A DNA stretch of 61,561 nucleotides, counting the filler, from Hausera hauseri (taxonomy: Eukaryota): the NCBI GenBank assembly GCA_046269625.1. It is 9 parts of 9 records of this genome, joined end to end, with 100 filler letters (N's around TTAATTAATTAA, not from the genome) between each part and the next. Parts side by side here need not be neighbours in the genome. Positions count along the whole stretch, not along the records: positions 35,782 to 40,739 come from JBJURY010379036.1; positions 40,840 to 46,343 come from JBJURY010240294.1; positions 46,444 to 51,058 come from JBJURY010503464.1; 6 more parts are not named here. The stretch is one strand, 5' to 3'. Numbering within the stretch: position 1 is the first letter of the stretch; each line of letters opens with the position of its first letter. Of the stretch, positions 37,089 to 50,204 are shown in pieces. The translations under genes and the position numbers were made by a program. The notes under the pieces were generated by a model, which was not told the DNA's origin, searched no databases, and was given only the letters and a program-made list of their open reading frames with translations.

Positions 37089-37806
37089 GACTGGCTAATT
37101 AATGAGACTGACTAATTATGAGTAACAATTGTTAAGACTGATCTTTTGATTAACAATCGTGACGTTATTGTTTATAACCATGGTATTATTGTTTGAATAA
37201 ACCTTCCGTCGTTTATCCTTGTTATTTGTTAACCCTATGATGGGCACCTTATTATTAGCACTGCGAAATGTATTTTACACTGTTAACCATACACAGCAGC
37301 GACTATGTGAAGAAAATTAAATTTTATAATTAAAAGAATCAAAATATAAAATATTATCAGTTAATGCATTACATTAAATTTGAAGGACAGACGTCCATTA
37401 TTAGAGAACGAATATTTTACATTGGAGTACGCATTAAATTTGAAGGACAGATGTCCATTAGTAGAGGACAGTCCATTAGGGAACGAATATTTCACAAAAT
37501 AAATTTGAAATGCCAATCACAGGAATTTAGAAACTTTAATGTCAATTATAAAATTCGAAATACACATAGCCATTTAAAAATGAAAAAACAGCCATAGACA
37601 AATGTCAATTATAGAATTAGGCCATTATTTTGGAAATTGAAAAATGATTGACAAACGAAGAAACGAATTCTAAAATGAGTAAGGGCAATTTCAAAATTAT
37701 TTTCATTATTGGTCAGACAAATTTAGAATTTGAATGACAGCCAAAACTGGTATATAAACCAGTACCATCAGACGAAAAGAACAACCTAATATTACATAAC
37801 TTAACA
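37069..37806 (+). mobile_element. Polypurine tract and putative 3' LTR
   Basis: aaaagggggagaaa (37069-37082) is directly followed by TGTTAAG (37083). AATAAA lies at ~37196. Candidate ends are ..TTAGCA (37260) or CTTAACA (37806, the perfect inverse of the start); the right boundary is uncertain. Confidence 0.55.
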
Positions 37807-40739
37807 TTACGAACTTACGTACTAATCAATCGTTGAAACGCTAGACCTAGTAGAAAATCGCCTACTGGTAAGTTATTGCGTCTATTAAATATTTATTTCT
37901 TCTCTATCCAGAATTGTATATCCACGTTAAGAAAGTTACAGATCTTATTCGTAGACAGTTCGAATTAGAAAAACTCATTATACGCCGAAGAGGTGTGCAA
38001 AAATCAGACATTCATCAAGAAAAGAACTAAGTTATCTGAACTAAACCAAATAAACCGTGTTACTTGAGATACAATCATGGAAGGTGCTAATCAAATGAAC
38101 CATAACAATGAGAACGGTAAAATATTCATTGAGATAAATTGCTTTTAAAAAGTGAATTGAAACACACAAGTCGCTGTTTTTTTATTGCATATATGTAAAT
38201 GATTTTTGTTCAATAAATATTTGTATAATAAATGCAGAATATGGGTCGGCGCGTTATGATCGATCGTCTCCTAAAGTATCGTATGCTGAGTAACTATTTT
38301 CGGTTCATGATCCAATAGATTATCTGATTCTCAAACTGATGAATGATCTGGCAAGAAAGAATGGAAACTCGATGTGAATATACGTCTAAATGGATATCCC
38401 GAGGGATTGGGACGTTGGATCCAAAGTGGTTGACGCCAAAATCCTATGACTAACATGATGTTGTGACTATGTGGTTTGATTGAGTAGAGTATTATCGATT
38501 TGGTGACAAGAGAAAGGGAGAGCAGGTATAATGGAAATATATTGATTACAGAGCTGAATATTGATTGAGGATTGATGTTAAATTGGTTGATTTGTTGATG
38601 AGTTATTCTTTTATTCCGATAATCCGGCGATGGTCATTATGAAATAATTTATTTTGGTTATGATAGAAATATTCGCCTTTCATGCATGGAGGGAGACTTT
38701 GCAATATTCAGTTTGGCTAGATTAGATTGATCAAATTGTGGTTGTGATGATGTCGATGTCAGGGCAGGGTGACCATCTAATGGAAATAAGTTGTCTTGTC
38801 GTGATTGCGTGTTTGGTGATGCAGCCAAAGGAACGAGATCTGTTATGGATCCCTGCATCTACCGAGTTGCATTGTTGTGGGGAATGGGGCTGCGAATAGA
38901 GTGGTATAATACTCTTTGATATTTGACTACTATGTGACCTGGTACGAAATAACAGGATGTTTACCAGATCGACGAGTAATTCATTGTGGTGAACGACAAA
39001 ATGGCTGCAACAGGACCTAAGAAAGTGGCAAATTGATATATTCGTGATTGATACAAAATCATACGAGAGAGAAGGATTTTTCCTTAAACACGTAAATTAT
39101 TTAAATAAACTTATAAGTGCGAAGAACGCCAAAATGTGTTGTTCGAAATGGAGAAAAGGGCATATACATGGTAGATGAACGAATAAGCCGGTAATAGCTA
39201 CGAAAATAATCAGCTGGTTAATGTAATGATAGAATATGTGTCAATGGAATTATTGATGGGTTGTCTTTCATTACGATAAATATATATATTCTTCATGATA
39301 TAGTCCCTCGGAATGAATAGGTATTTGTGTTTTAGTGTGAACCATATTATTTAGTTTAATAAACAAGAAGAATTAAATCTTCCCTCAATTAATTATTGTT
39401 TGTTCATTATGGGATACTCCGAGAAGAAGACGATGTATAAATACACGATATAGAAATCAAATCTCGACCATCAGGTTCAGTCTTAATGTACATATATATA
39501 CGGTTAAAAACAAGTCAATAGTACTAATTATAAACCAATAAATAGATCGGTAACATCAAAGAAGGTGTTTGTGAAAGAGAGTTAGTAATGTTAAAGCAAT
39601 CTTCTCTTACCATAGTTAGATATATGTCAATGAAGTGAGTTGTTATAATGTTTAGATTGTGATCATAAAGTTCAAAGATATAGGAACTGTATGTGAATTA
39701 TATTAGTGTGAATATGACATGAGGATACTATTCGACTAATGTCAAATTGATTAACAACATGATTGAGGACGGACTAAGAAATGAATATAATATACTGATG
39801 GATGAAATCTCCTTAGTGTAAAGAATATCAGAAATACGGTTAACAATTATCATAAGATTACCTTCTCGCTGGAGTATAAAAGTATCACCATGATAATTCT
39901 ATGATAATCCTAAGATACATAAGCTGTTTTAATTCTGTGTACTTATAAAGATATTAGAGGTTTATCCCTGAAGATGAGTCACCTGTTTAGTACTTTACTG
40001 TAAAAACATTCGTATAGTGGAACCTACATTACCTTAGCCTTATACACTTTAATATTTTTTGACCTAATACCCCAATAACAAATTATTGTGCTTAAAATAG
40101 TAATCTAAGTAAAATTCAATATTGAATAAATACAAGCATACTAAATAATACCATTGAACAAACTACACAATAAAGGAACGAGGAGAAACTCACCATGAAT
40201 GACCTTCAGATAGACTTTAATGCTCCATAGACTACGAATTCATAACTCATAAACGACTATCAAAATTCCTAAAGACATGCACACGTTCTATATAGCTTTT
40301 ATATGTTGAGTACTGCTTAAGGTTGATAATAACCCCTGTACACACAACAACATGTACAATACATAACCCCGAGAGTTGCCACAATACCATGAGGATCTAT
40401 TATGGCTACAAATTCAATCGAATCCTTTATTATATTTGCCCCGGATGTGAGACTGTATGTAATGGAGAAAACATACAGTTCTATGAAGATCATAAGGATC
40501 ATCTGACCGACTTTGCATCAAAATCCAAAAAGATCATATTTAATGAGCATAGGCCAGGTGCACAGTACGCAGTAAAGTCCGCAGTACAGTCCGCAAGAGG
40601 GAAACGCTCATCAGGTCTATCAGATGCCTCAGGCGTAGCGGCTCAGTCAAAAAGTTAAAGACAGCGTCCAGTTGATGCTGCTGCATTAAATAATAAAGTC
40701 CAAAAATATGTCATTGATGCAGCTGGATAACCAACCATC

Positions 40740-40839
40740 NNNNNNNNNNNNNNNNNNNNNNNNNNNNNNNNNNNNNNNNNNNNTTAATTAATTAANNNNN
40801 NNNNNNNNNNNNNNNNNNNNNNNNNNNNNNNNNNNNNNN
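40740..40839. other. Artificial contig linker
   Basis: N44-TTAATTAATTAA-N44. Confidence 0.99.
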
Positions 40840-41220
40840 TGTAAATAGTTTGTTATATCAATAAATATTTTGTACAGAATTCTTTGTCTTCTGTTTTGTC
40901 TTAGTGTAAATTATTTTGTTGTGACATTTCATTATGAGACATTACGTGACTTTTTATTAAGTGACATTAAATTTGTGAAACAAAAGTGGGGTGGTAATAG
41001 TGAAACCACGACCGCACCAATCAATATATTGATTTTCAAAATCAGTTATTGATTTTTAAATTTCACCATATAAATTTCCCATATAATATTGATTATCGAT
41101 CCTGGGGGGGGTTGGTGCGGTGTGCTCACTTCCACCTACTATTTTAACTTTTTCAATGACGTGATAAAAATAAAGAAATATTTGTTTTAGAATATTAATA
41201 TTTCATTCAGAATTAGCAGA

Positions 41221-42984
41221 ATGGACACACGTAGCAAAGACAGTGGGCATTTTATCGGATCGTATTCAACATTAATACGTGGTGCCAAATTGTCGTCAAA
41301 CTGGTAAAGCATTTCGTCACTTTCTGCATCAGAACAAAACAGGAGTTGACTGTTAGAGATGTTAGTTCAAGAACAGTTAAAGTAGTGTTAGAATTCTGGA
41401 TCAAAGCAGGTATTCCAACACGAAGCAATTAGCACTGAGTCAAGAAATTGAAGTCAAAATATAAGTAGTGAAAGGGCTTGAAGAAGCATAAAAACAGAAT
41501 ATCTGCAGCGTTTAAGAACAAAGAGGAAAGGTTTGTATCAAGACTGGACAATATGTTTGATATAACTTATGCTGATGCCTTAACTCTTATGTCAAATCCA
41601 GAAGATCAAGCATTCCTCATACCACATAGACAGAAAGATCGTCTTGGTGTTATTAAATTAGTTGACAAGATTCATTGTGAACGATTTAAAAACAAAATGA
41701 ATTGTTTAGATTCTGAAGCAAAGCATTAGAGACGATCTTAAGAAGAACTCGAAGCCAGTTGTAGTCATATCATCCTAACATCAGAAAAGTCATCAGTTAA
41801 ATCATACCAGGAGTTACCATCAGACACAGTCTATACCGCAACCAAGAAATTAGTTAGATTGCTGTTAGTGAGCTTTGTGAAAAGAAAAGAGCAGGAACAA
41901 ATGTTATTACTTTCACTTCTACAATAGCCCTTGACAAAACAAAGATATAATCTAAAAATGCTAGATATGTCATTCAAGTTTTATATCTCAAGGATTTACT
42001 TGGATATTATCAATAGGATAATTGCACCATGTAATGATGGATCTACTACAGTATCTCAGTAAAGCCATCTTTGATGTTGCAATCAAGAACCTTAGTCTTC
42101 ACTTATAATTTTCACTTGAAGAGTTAATAATACTAGTTCATTTTGATTCAAAGGTTTATCATGAACCGAAAGCTGTCGTGTTTTTAGCCATGAGTAAAAC
42201 TGCTCCTGAACATCCTATCAAGCGTCAAAGAATAAAAGCATCAGCAGTTCTAGGATCTAGAGGCTTTGAACAGTTTTGCACAATGAATTCTAAAAAAATT
42301 TTCTATCTTCTTTCACTGCTAGAAACGTTTTTGTCAAAAGATTCAACCACCTGGACGGATTATGCAGATTTCAACAAGGTAGTCAGCATTGCCACTGCGT
42401 TAGCTGTTGTAAATGATAGGGTGGGACGTAGTGTTGATTTGATTAAATACTTTAACAAAACATTGGCAAAGAGCGAAATGCAACTTCAGTTTCTACTGCA
42501 AGTCGTAAGTGAACATGGGCACAACTTTCCTGACTTCAAAAAGTCAAAATAATGGCAAAAGTAGATTCTTAACATCATGATACAGTGCCAGAAATGTTAT
42601 GACTGAGAATTTGTTATTACGTGTGCTTTCGTACTGTGTATTTAAGATATAATTTTGATGTCTTAGTTTTCAACATATAATGTGTCTAAATTGTTGCATA
42701 AAAGGGTAATGTAAGTCTTTTGACGCAAAAACTGACATTGCGCGTGCAGAATTTGTATATAAAAGCTATATTGGTGCAATTGTGCTATCAAAACGTATGT
42801 ACGTAGCGTACATTTATATGGTATAATATGGAGCAATAGTTACAATGCGGGGCCATCTTTAAATGTTCTCCAATTTAAAAAAATCATTTATATAAAAATT
42901 TTCTTCATAAGTGGAAAATTTTCACAGGGTGACACAATTGGAATTATGATTTTAAATTTTTCTCATTATGCTAAGGCCACCGTA
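41221..42984 (+). mobile_element. Decayed hAT-like (hATm-type) DNA transposon with right terminus
   Basis: Fragments 'MDTRSK..IRGAKL', 'FWIKAGIPTR', 'LDNMFDITYADAL..EDQAFL' and 'VVNDRVGRSVDLI..QLQFLLQVVSEH..FP'; ends ..ggccaccgta (42984), similar to the neighbouring element's terminus ..gcccacccta. Confidence 0.7.
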
Positions 42985-42994
42985 ATATGTACAT

Positions 42995-45747
42995 TAGGAT
43001 GGACTGAATTTTAAAGATTTTTGAATCCGGAAAACATATAGGACGGAAAAGTTGCCTTTGTATATGGGGAAAAAGCACCAAAAATTGGGAGCCCTTAGGT
43101 TGAAGTTTTCAGTTTCCACAAGGGGCATGAAATTGGGAAAAAACGCAAAAATACAACAAATTGTTCATATTCTTATCTACACATTTATATTAATTCCGAC
43201 AATTCTTCTGAGCAGAAAATTAATTTTTTTACAATGTCTTAGGACTGAGAAATGTTTCAACCCAAAAAATTTATAATTGCTACATGGGGTTGCCAAAAAT
43301 ACGCAAATATACACAGCTTTTTCTGTTATAAACGCGAATTTGAATGCCAATATATTGCAGCGGCATAAAATTTAAATAATATAAATTATTTGAATTACAT
43401 TTCAGCTCATTCCATATCCAATGACTGACGGTTTACTTGGTGTTGCTAAAAAATTAGGGAAACAGTTACACGTCTGTAGTACGGAATTGGTTCTTTGATT
43501 CAAACTGGGTCATTGTTTTTCTTGATTTAAGCTTAGCTTTGATGATGCCATCTCGAACTTCAGCACCGAAAGCTTTCTCTGACGCTTCGGTCACCATCGT
43601 TACGCAGCGTTCCACTGCTTGAGTGTGACAGGAAAATTCACAGAAATTTCATTCACGAGGAATTTCATCACCTTGATGAAGTACACTTTTTAAGTATTCG
43701 ATGCTTGCGCTGGCTAAGACAGGAGGAAGTGTAATTAGTTCAGTGTAGTCTAATACCTGGAAGTTTATAATCGGCAATTCAAAATTCCTGACTAAGCCCT
43801 CGTTGTACATTGTGGCCTGCCTGTCCTCAAAAATTCTTCGGATTGCAAATTCACGAATGTGCGACCTCTCGTCTGTCAGCATCCATAACAAGATGTTTTC
43901 TGGTTGAGCGAAGAACGAATTTCATGCTATCACCGGGTCAATTATTCTGAGCAGATCCGGTCTCAGGTACCGCCAGCAATTAATCGTTTCCCAGATATGC
44001 CTTGCTCCACTCTTGACCGAACTGTTCATCTTCACCCTGAATCACCCAGGAACGTGGACGTGTAAGACGAACTCTGAAAGAATTTGTAGTTCATAGGTTG
44101 GATTTTCGGTTGCTGCGTACAATCTCAGGAGACGATTAGCAACTGTCAGTTATCGGAAGTTAAACAGATTTCCAATTTCTTCCGTAACAGATCCGGGGAA
44201 CAAATGTCAGACTGCATTGATTGTGAGATTTCAAGTAAATACTTCTGGTCCGTGTCCAGGGCTTCTATAGAGGTGATCATAGGTAATTTGCAGTCGATCG
44301 TCCAAAAATTTGCGAGTGGTAGATTCTGGCATGGTTGAAGCTGTTTTCCTATCGGTCCGCTGTAGATGCGAGGACCCGTTGTTTGTCCGTCGAGATGACT
44401 GAATAGATGGCGAAATTGTAGCTCGTTGAAATGAAGCAGGCATATGAATCATTGCAACGGCCTCTGCAGCTTATTTTCAAAATGACAAATTACGCCTCCC
44501 TTATTTCCCGTGTTAATCACAGTTTCATCTCAACAGATCGCTACCAGTTCCGTCAGGTCTTCTGTTAATAAAAAGTAATAAGTAATACTTTTAAAAAATT
44601 TTAGCTGCCGATCCAGATTTGGGACTTACGTGTCCGACATATGTCGATACGTGTTCCTGTAAAAACGAAATGTGTTCTTCGACAATAGTTTAACGGTAGA
44701 ATTTATTTCTCTCCTTGATGTTGGTGCATATTTTATCTTTCCGGCCGTCGAAGTAAGGTTCAGTGATTCTATCGCTTTCTCCGCTGTGCTGAATAGTTTA
44801 CGGACTTTCAGATTTTCCCTTCGAATTTTGTTTTTGTCGACAACGAAGGAACGAGGGAACTTGCAGGCAGCAATATCGAAAAGCTCCCTCTTAGATTTCC
44901 TCATAGATTCCTCAATTCTATTCATGTAATTCTGCTTCTTCTTATTGCATTGGTATGATTTTTCATGTTTTGGTAAATTTTGAAGTAGGGTTTTATCTTT
45001 GTTACAACCCTAAAGTGTGATACAGCAGGAATTTACTCTTTTTCGTATAACCGCCTTTTCGTATATAGGCTAAAATGTTGGTGACAGTTTTCAAACTAGG
45101 GTTTTCCTGTTGCCCATTACAAGCATGATATACTTCTCCAGTAAATATCGAATTACATCTTCGTAAGTCGGAAGCATTGAGGAAGGAAGATCTTTCGGAA
45201 AACCAAAAATAGGACATTTTACTGTCATTCTTGTAACTTTTGATACAACTGTCGAGGTAGTCATCACTAAAAATTACCGTCACTAAAATGAAACTAAAAA
45301 TGCAACTTTGAAGTGTTCAGTATAACTAAATTACCTAATAACTAGTCAACATATCTGAGAAAACGCGAAAATGGATTTTTTGATTAATGTTTAAAAAGTA
45401 AATGTATATAAAGTTGACATACGAGGTTTACAATTTGTATTTATAACGGAAAAATCTATGCATATTTGCGTATTTTTTGGTTGAAACATTTTTCAGTACT
45501 AAATCATATGGTAAAAAATTGAATTTCCTGCTCGGAAGAATTGTTGGAATTAATATAAATGCGTGGATAAAAATATAAACAATTTGCTGTATTTTTGCGT
45601 TTTTTTCCAATTTCAGGCCTCTTGCAGAAACTGAAGACCTCAACCTGGCGCTCCAAACTTTTGGTGCTTTATCTCCATGTCCAAAGACAAAATTTCCGCC
45701 ATGTATATTTTCCGGATTGGAAAATTTTTAAAATTCGGCCCACCCTA
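42995..45747 (-). mobile_element. hAT-like (hATm-type) DNA transposon with ~340-bp TIRs and a decayed transposase
   Basis: Left end TAGGATGGACTGAATTTT and right end (revcomp) TAGGGTGGGCCGAATTTT; TIR similarity spans 42995-~43340 and ~45430-45747; flanks atgtacat/atatatat (6/8). Transposase pieces 'ELFDIAACK', 'LTVANRLLRLY', 'QPENILLWMLTDERSHIREFA' and 'CHTQAVERCV..VTEAS..RDGII'. Confidence 0.85.
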
Positions 45748-45756
45748 ATATATATA

Positions 45757-46100
45757 CAAGGTGATTCATAAAGTTCTCCCCCCTCACTTGTACAACAAAT
45801 TCTTCTATTAAAAATAATGAAAAAATATTATATAAACATAGGTCCGAAAATGCTTCGTTAGCGCGTTACGGCTAGCAAAAGATTTTACCTTTGGTGAGCA
45901 GCCTACGCCATCCTGTTAGTCCAGAAACCTAATTTTATAACTAAATGTGATGGTTTCTTATTGATTTCGACCCACGAAATTGAATAAAATAGGTCCCAGA
46001 ACCATATATCTAGTAGACGTTATAATATCCTACAAAAAATAGAAAAATCTGTGCATAAAACACACTTTTTTCTGGAATTGAAGGACAATAACTTCGTTAA
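45757..46100. mobile_element. Probable terminus of a Tc1/mariner-like non-autonomous element
   Basis: TA|CAAGGTGATTCA start after a (TA)n run resembles TA|CAGGGTG mariner-type ends; no transposase or second end is visible. Confidence 0.35.
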
Positions 46101-46343
46101 NNNNNNNNNNTGTGCCTCATCCGTAAACTAAATGCACTTGAAGAGTTGTTAATTAATATTTAAAAAGTTGGAAAACTGCAAGCGAAATGGACCATACCCT
46201 TTGTTTATGAAATGGATAAAATTTATATTAATTCAGTGACCTCCACATCGTCGACTGCGAAACTCCTATCCGCCTAGAAAGACGTAGTATACTCACGCCT
46301 GGACTGCGATGAACAGCATTGATAACAATATTATTGTCATCTT

Positions 46344-46443
46344 NNNNNNNNNNNNNNNNNNNNNNNNNNNNNNNNNNNNNNNNNNNNTTAATTAATTAAN
46401 NNNNNNNNNNNNNNNNNNNNNNNNNNNNNNNNNNNNNNNNNNN
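46344..46443. other. Artificial contig linker
   Basis: N44-TTAATTAATTAA-N44. Confidence 0.99.
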
Positions 46444-48090
46444 GGGAATCTATTGGACTGATCAGATTCTTCGAATAATTTACGGTTCACCGAGTTTTCG
46501 AGTTAGAATCGACAATTAATCGATTTTGAATAATGTAATCGAATATTTAGCATCGAATTCGGATTCGCCACATATTCTTTCCTATCTGTATGCGCTTAAA
46601 GATTAATCTATTTCAATGTGATTCAATTTCTATTTTACCTCAATTCCACAATCAAAATAAGAATTACAGTACTTTTTGAATAATTTTACCATATTGGAAA
46701 ACCTTGTATTAATACACCACGGTGCACTGCACTGCGGCAACTTCGATTTCCCTATACTTTGTCGCACATGGGAAATTGAATGACCTCATTAGATACTTCG
46801 AATAGTGCACGCTTGACCGAGTTTTCGTGCAAAATATTTGACTATTAAGCTCGATTTCGAATATATGATGTAATATTTCGATTTGCCATATATGGATTCC
46901 TATATGTATGCGCCATTAGATTTATTGATTTCTGCTTCACTGAACTTTAAATGCACATTTTGTTTAATTCGAATTATTGATTTTATATATAGTACATTTT
47001 CATGGAGTTATTTTAATGGATTAGAGGGTTTTCGGACATTGGGAATCGAATGACATCATCAGATTTTCCGAAAAGTTCTAAGTTCGACATTCGCGGGGAA
47101 ATTTTTCGAATTTCGAATATTTGACTCGATATTCGAGATCACCATACTCGGTTCACTATCTGCCTCTGCTCAATATAATATCAATTTTTATTCCTTAGGG
47201 CAAATAAAACCTATGTTCCTTCGGTCTAAGTTGCACTTCGGGTCGATATTATTTGAAACCCACTCAATTGATTTAAATTCTAATTGCACAAACATATCGT
47301 GCATCGTATTTGCATTAGAACACACCCGGTCACACGTGCTAATAATCAATATTGGAATTATCGGAAAAATGGCATTATTGATTTTCACCCACTTGCACAC
47401 GTGAATGTACACTGCACTGAGCACAGGTCGATGCATCTCGACATGCTCTATCCAACAGCACTTGGCCCCGATCAATTTTATTAATGCTCGGCCGTACAAC
47501 GACAAATTTGTAAAAAGTTCAAAAGTGACATGGCCGGTGCACTAAAGCACCTTCAACATGAGAATTTCCCGATCGGTAGTGCACCGGGTGCACTATCGAC
47601 TAGCACATGTGACATATCGATTTTATCGAGTTTTATTTTATAGCAGAAAGGCCTATTGGAAGTCTATCCCAGTTAGCATTTTATCGAAAACCATTCGATC
47701 GATTTAAATTCTACGTATAGAGAACCGTTTTTGCACTGGAGTGCACCCGGTGCCGGTAGCCAATCATCAATATTGGAATTATCGGAAATCCCATATTATT
47801 GATCTTTGCACACTTGCACATGTGCAGTGCACCTGAACAGTGCACAGGTCGATGTGCCTTGATGTGCGCTATCCATTAGCACTTTGTTCCAATTGATACG
47901 ATCAATAGTGCACTGTGCAGCGATAGATAAGTGAAATGTGCAAAAATGTGCTTAGCAGCAGTGCCTAACAGTACCGTCACCATGCACATGTGCCGATCGA
48001 TAGTGCACAGGGTACACTATAGAATTGCACTTGTGCAGTACTGATTTACTGACTATCCCCGCCGGGGTGGGGTGGGAGAGACTTCCCATT
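46444..48090. repeat. Left arm of a long, internally repetitive inverted repeat
   Basis: Colinear with the revcomp of 50205-51058 (e.g. tatagtacattttcat, ttccttagggc..taaaacctat, attattgattttca). Contains tandem modules of ~270-330 bp (starts ~46444, 46770, 47040) and ~425 bp (~47255, 47680). Confidence 0.85.
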
Positions 48091-48750
48091 TTCCTCTTAC
48101 TATCCACATAAAAATGATTCCCATATGCTTCTCTATGGTATTTGGTATGCTGATATAAATTCAAGGACATACTGGCTAAACTTTCTGGTTGATATTTCCT
48201 AGTAGGATAATCATAACTTTGATGAGAACTCTTACACCAACTCATATTAAAATCCATTTCGTTTGTTTTACCATGTTGTTACTTTTGTTCATCATGCGCC
48301 ATGACCTTGACCTTTAATAACTGGGGATACAATATAAGCGCCAATTACAGATTCGTAATATGCGGGGAATAAAAAATAAGTGCGATATTGACTTTTGTTT
48401 AAATGCATCAATTTAATGGGGAGGAGTATGGTGCTTTGTGCCAGAACTCTAATTTTTCCACTACTTGCGCTTCCAAAATTTGTCATCTAATGGTAATGCG
48501 TGGGGAAGAAACAGTATTGGTTGTTCAGTGAGACCGCTTTGGTAAGAAAGTGATAATCAGTGTTTGGAGGAACTTTTTCCTTGTAAGTAAAATTTAGATA
48601 ATTTTTGAAATAAACTATTTTAATAATTAATTTACATTTAATAACAAAAGTCAATCTTGAAATATATAAATAAAACGATTTAACAATGTAAAAAACAGTT
48701 TATTAAAATGTTAAGTAACCACAAATGGTTCATGAATATTTTCTTTGAGT

Positions 48751-49851
48751 CTATTGACAGGCAGAAAATAAATCTTTGTTTTCATAGATCATTTTCTTAA
48801 TTTCAAGAATTCTTTCTTTTATTTCTTTGAAGTAATCACTGGATAATAAATTTCTAACTATTTCAATTTCGTTATCTAGCATCTTTTCATGCTTTTCATT
48901 TCCTTTAACTTCGGAATGTAGTTCAAATAATTTTCCGGCATAATCTGCGTAACTTCTTACAATTTTAGTAAGATTTTTATATTCGGATAAGAAATAGTCG
49001 TAGTCCCCTTCTGACATCACGAAATCAGTTAAACAATCCATGTTACGTCGTTTTTCACCAAATAACCAATCATAATATTCTTTTTCGTTCATGTTTTCGA
49101 CTTTGTCAAAATCTGGTTCTTTTAAAATATTTTCAATTTCTTCAATGAAATTTTCTTGTCGTTGGTTGGGCTTAATAATAATTTGACGGCCTAAATCTGT
49201 CTGTTTTACAAAACTTTCTTCTGATGATTCTAATCTGACAGTATTCTGCATTGTTTGACTTTCATTCATAATAAAAGATGTTGTATTGGATGAACTTTTA
49301 ACATTCGTATTTGAAAAAGTATTAGCTGTAACATTCATCTGAGACATTGGAGCCATATAAGTATTCAGTATTGCTGCATAATTATTGGGCATTGCTGCAC
49401 AGTTGTTCGACATTGCTGAATAACTATTCGGTATAGCAACATAATTATTGGACATAGCAACATAATTATTCGGTACCCCAACAAAATTACCATAATCAGT
49501 ATTCATTACAGATGGATAACCTGTCATATTGAACATAGGATTAACCAATGTTTGTTGCTGTACCATTAAACCTGGGTTATTATATGACGTATTGTATGCG
49601 TCATGGAGGGTGCTATTTACATGGTTTTTTGATATTCCTACATTGATATTTCTATTGTTCTTGTTTTGGTGACTGACTACGTTATTTTGACCCCTTGATT
49701 TCATAATTGTAAAATATTCTTTTAGTACTTTGTCCTCGCTTTTTACGATATTCCGCACAGTTGCTGCAGATATTTTGTAATGATCAGCAATATTGGACGG
49801 GTGTTGATTGCCTTTAACTCGTTTTAGGATATCAACTTTATGTTCTATCAT
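48751..49851 (-). CDS. 366-aa protein: N-terminal CENP-B/Psq-type HTH, Asn/Met-rich repeat middle, acidic helical C-terminus
   Basis: 'IEHKVDILKRVKGNQHPSNIADHYKISAATVRNIVKSEDKV' fits the pogo/Tigger/CENP-B N-terminal HTH; intact ORF; AATAAA on the minus strand ~50 nt after the stop; no DDE domain. Confidence 0.75.
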   Translation of the reverse strand: MIEHKVDILKRVKGNQHPSNIADHYKISAATVRNIVKSEDKVLKEYFTIMKSRGQNNVVSHQNKNNRNINVGISKNHVNSTLHDAYNTSYNNPGLMVQQQTLVNPMFNMTGYPSVMNTDYGNFVGVPNNYVAMSNNYVAIPNSYSAMSNNCAAMPNNYAAILNTYMAPMSQMNVTANTFSNTNVKSSSNTTSFIMNESQTMQNTVRLESSEESFVKQTDLGRQIIIKPNQRQENFIEEIENILKEPDFDKVENMNEKEYYDWLFGEKRRNMDCLTDFVMSEGDYDYFLSEYKNLTKIVRSYADYAGKLFELHSEVKGNEKHEKMLDNEIEIVRNLLSSDYFKEIKERILEIKKMIYENKDLFSACQ

Positions 49852-50204
49852 CAGTTTTATTATTTAATAATTACTACAAAGTTGAAAAGTTAAATGAAAA
49901 TATATTTTGTAAGAAAATTTATTTTTATTAATTTTATTGGCCAATTTAAAAATAGATCAGTCCTAAAATATAATATAAATATTTTACGTATAATCCACAA
50001 AAAGGATTTTCTATATGTAAAAATTTGTTAAACCGTGGACTATATAATCATTAAAATACCATATATGGTTATGAAAATTTTAGCCCTAATCAATCAGTTA
50101 AGTTAAATTCAAACAATGCTTATGTAATGTATGTTTATAAATATGCTGGGCTCTTATGAAAACGTCGCTAGCCAAAACGAAAGAAACAATAAGAAAGTAG
50201 GGAG

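Noticed and set aside
38200-40739. Possible decayed genes, including Cys/His-containing ORF 40323-40658
   Set aside because: Fragments look coding-like but match no family I can name and are broken by many stops.
43052-45643. Similar ORFs at 43052-43276 (+) and 45428-45643 (-) as duplicated genes
   Set aside because: They are translations of the two TIRs of the hAT-like element.
48292-48486. GNAT acetyltransferase motif A-like 'VSPVIKGQGHGA'
   Set aside because: The ORF stops immediately after it, and KGQGH is simply the translation of the common aaggtcaaggtca DNA motif; a decayed GNAT cannot be fully excluded.
48760-49030. Occludin/ELL domain at the C-terminus of the HTH protein
   Set aside because: The resemblance is limited to generic helical periodicity and a terminal IKxxIxE; it needs a profile search.
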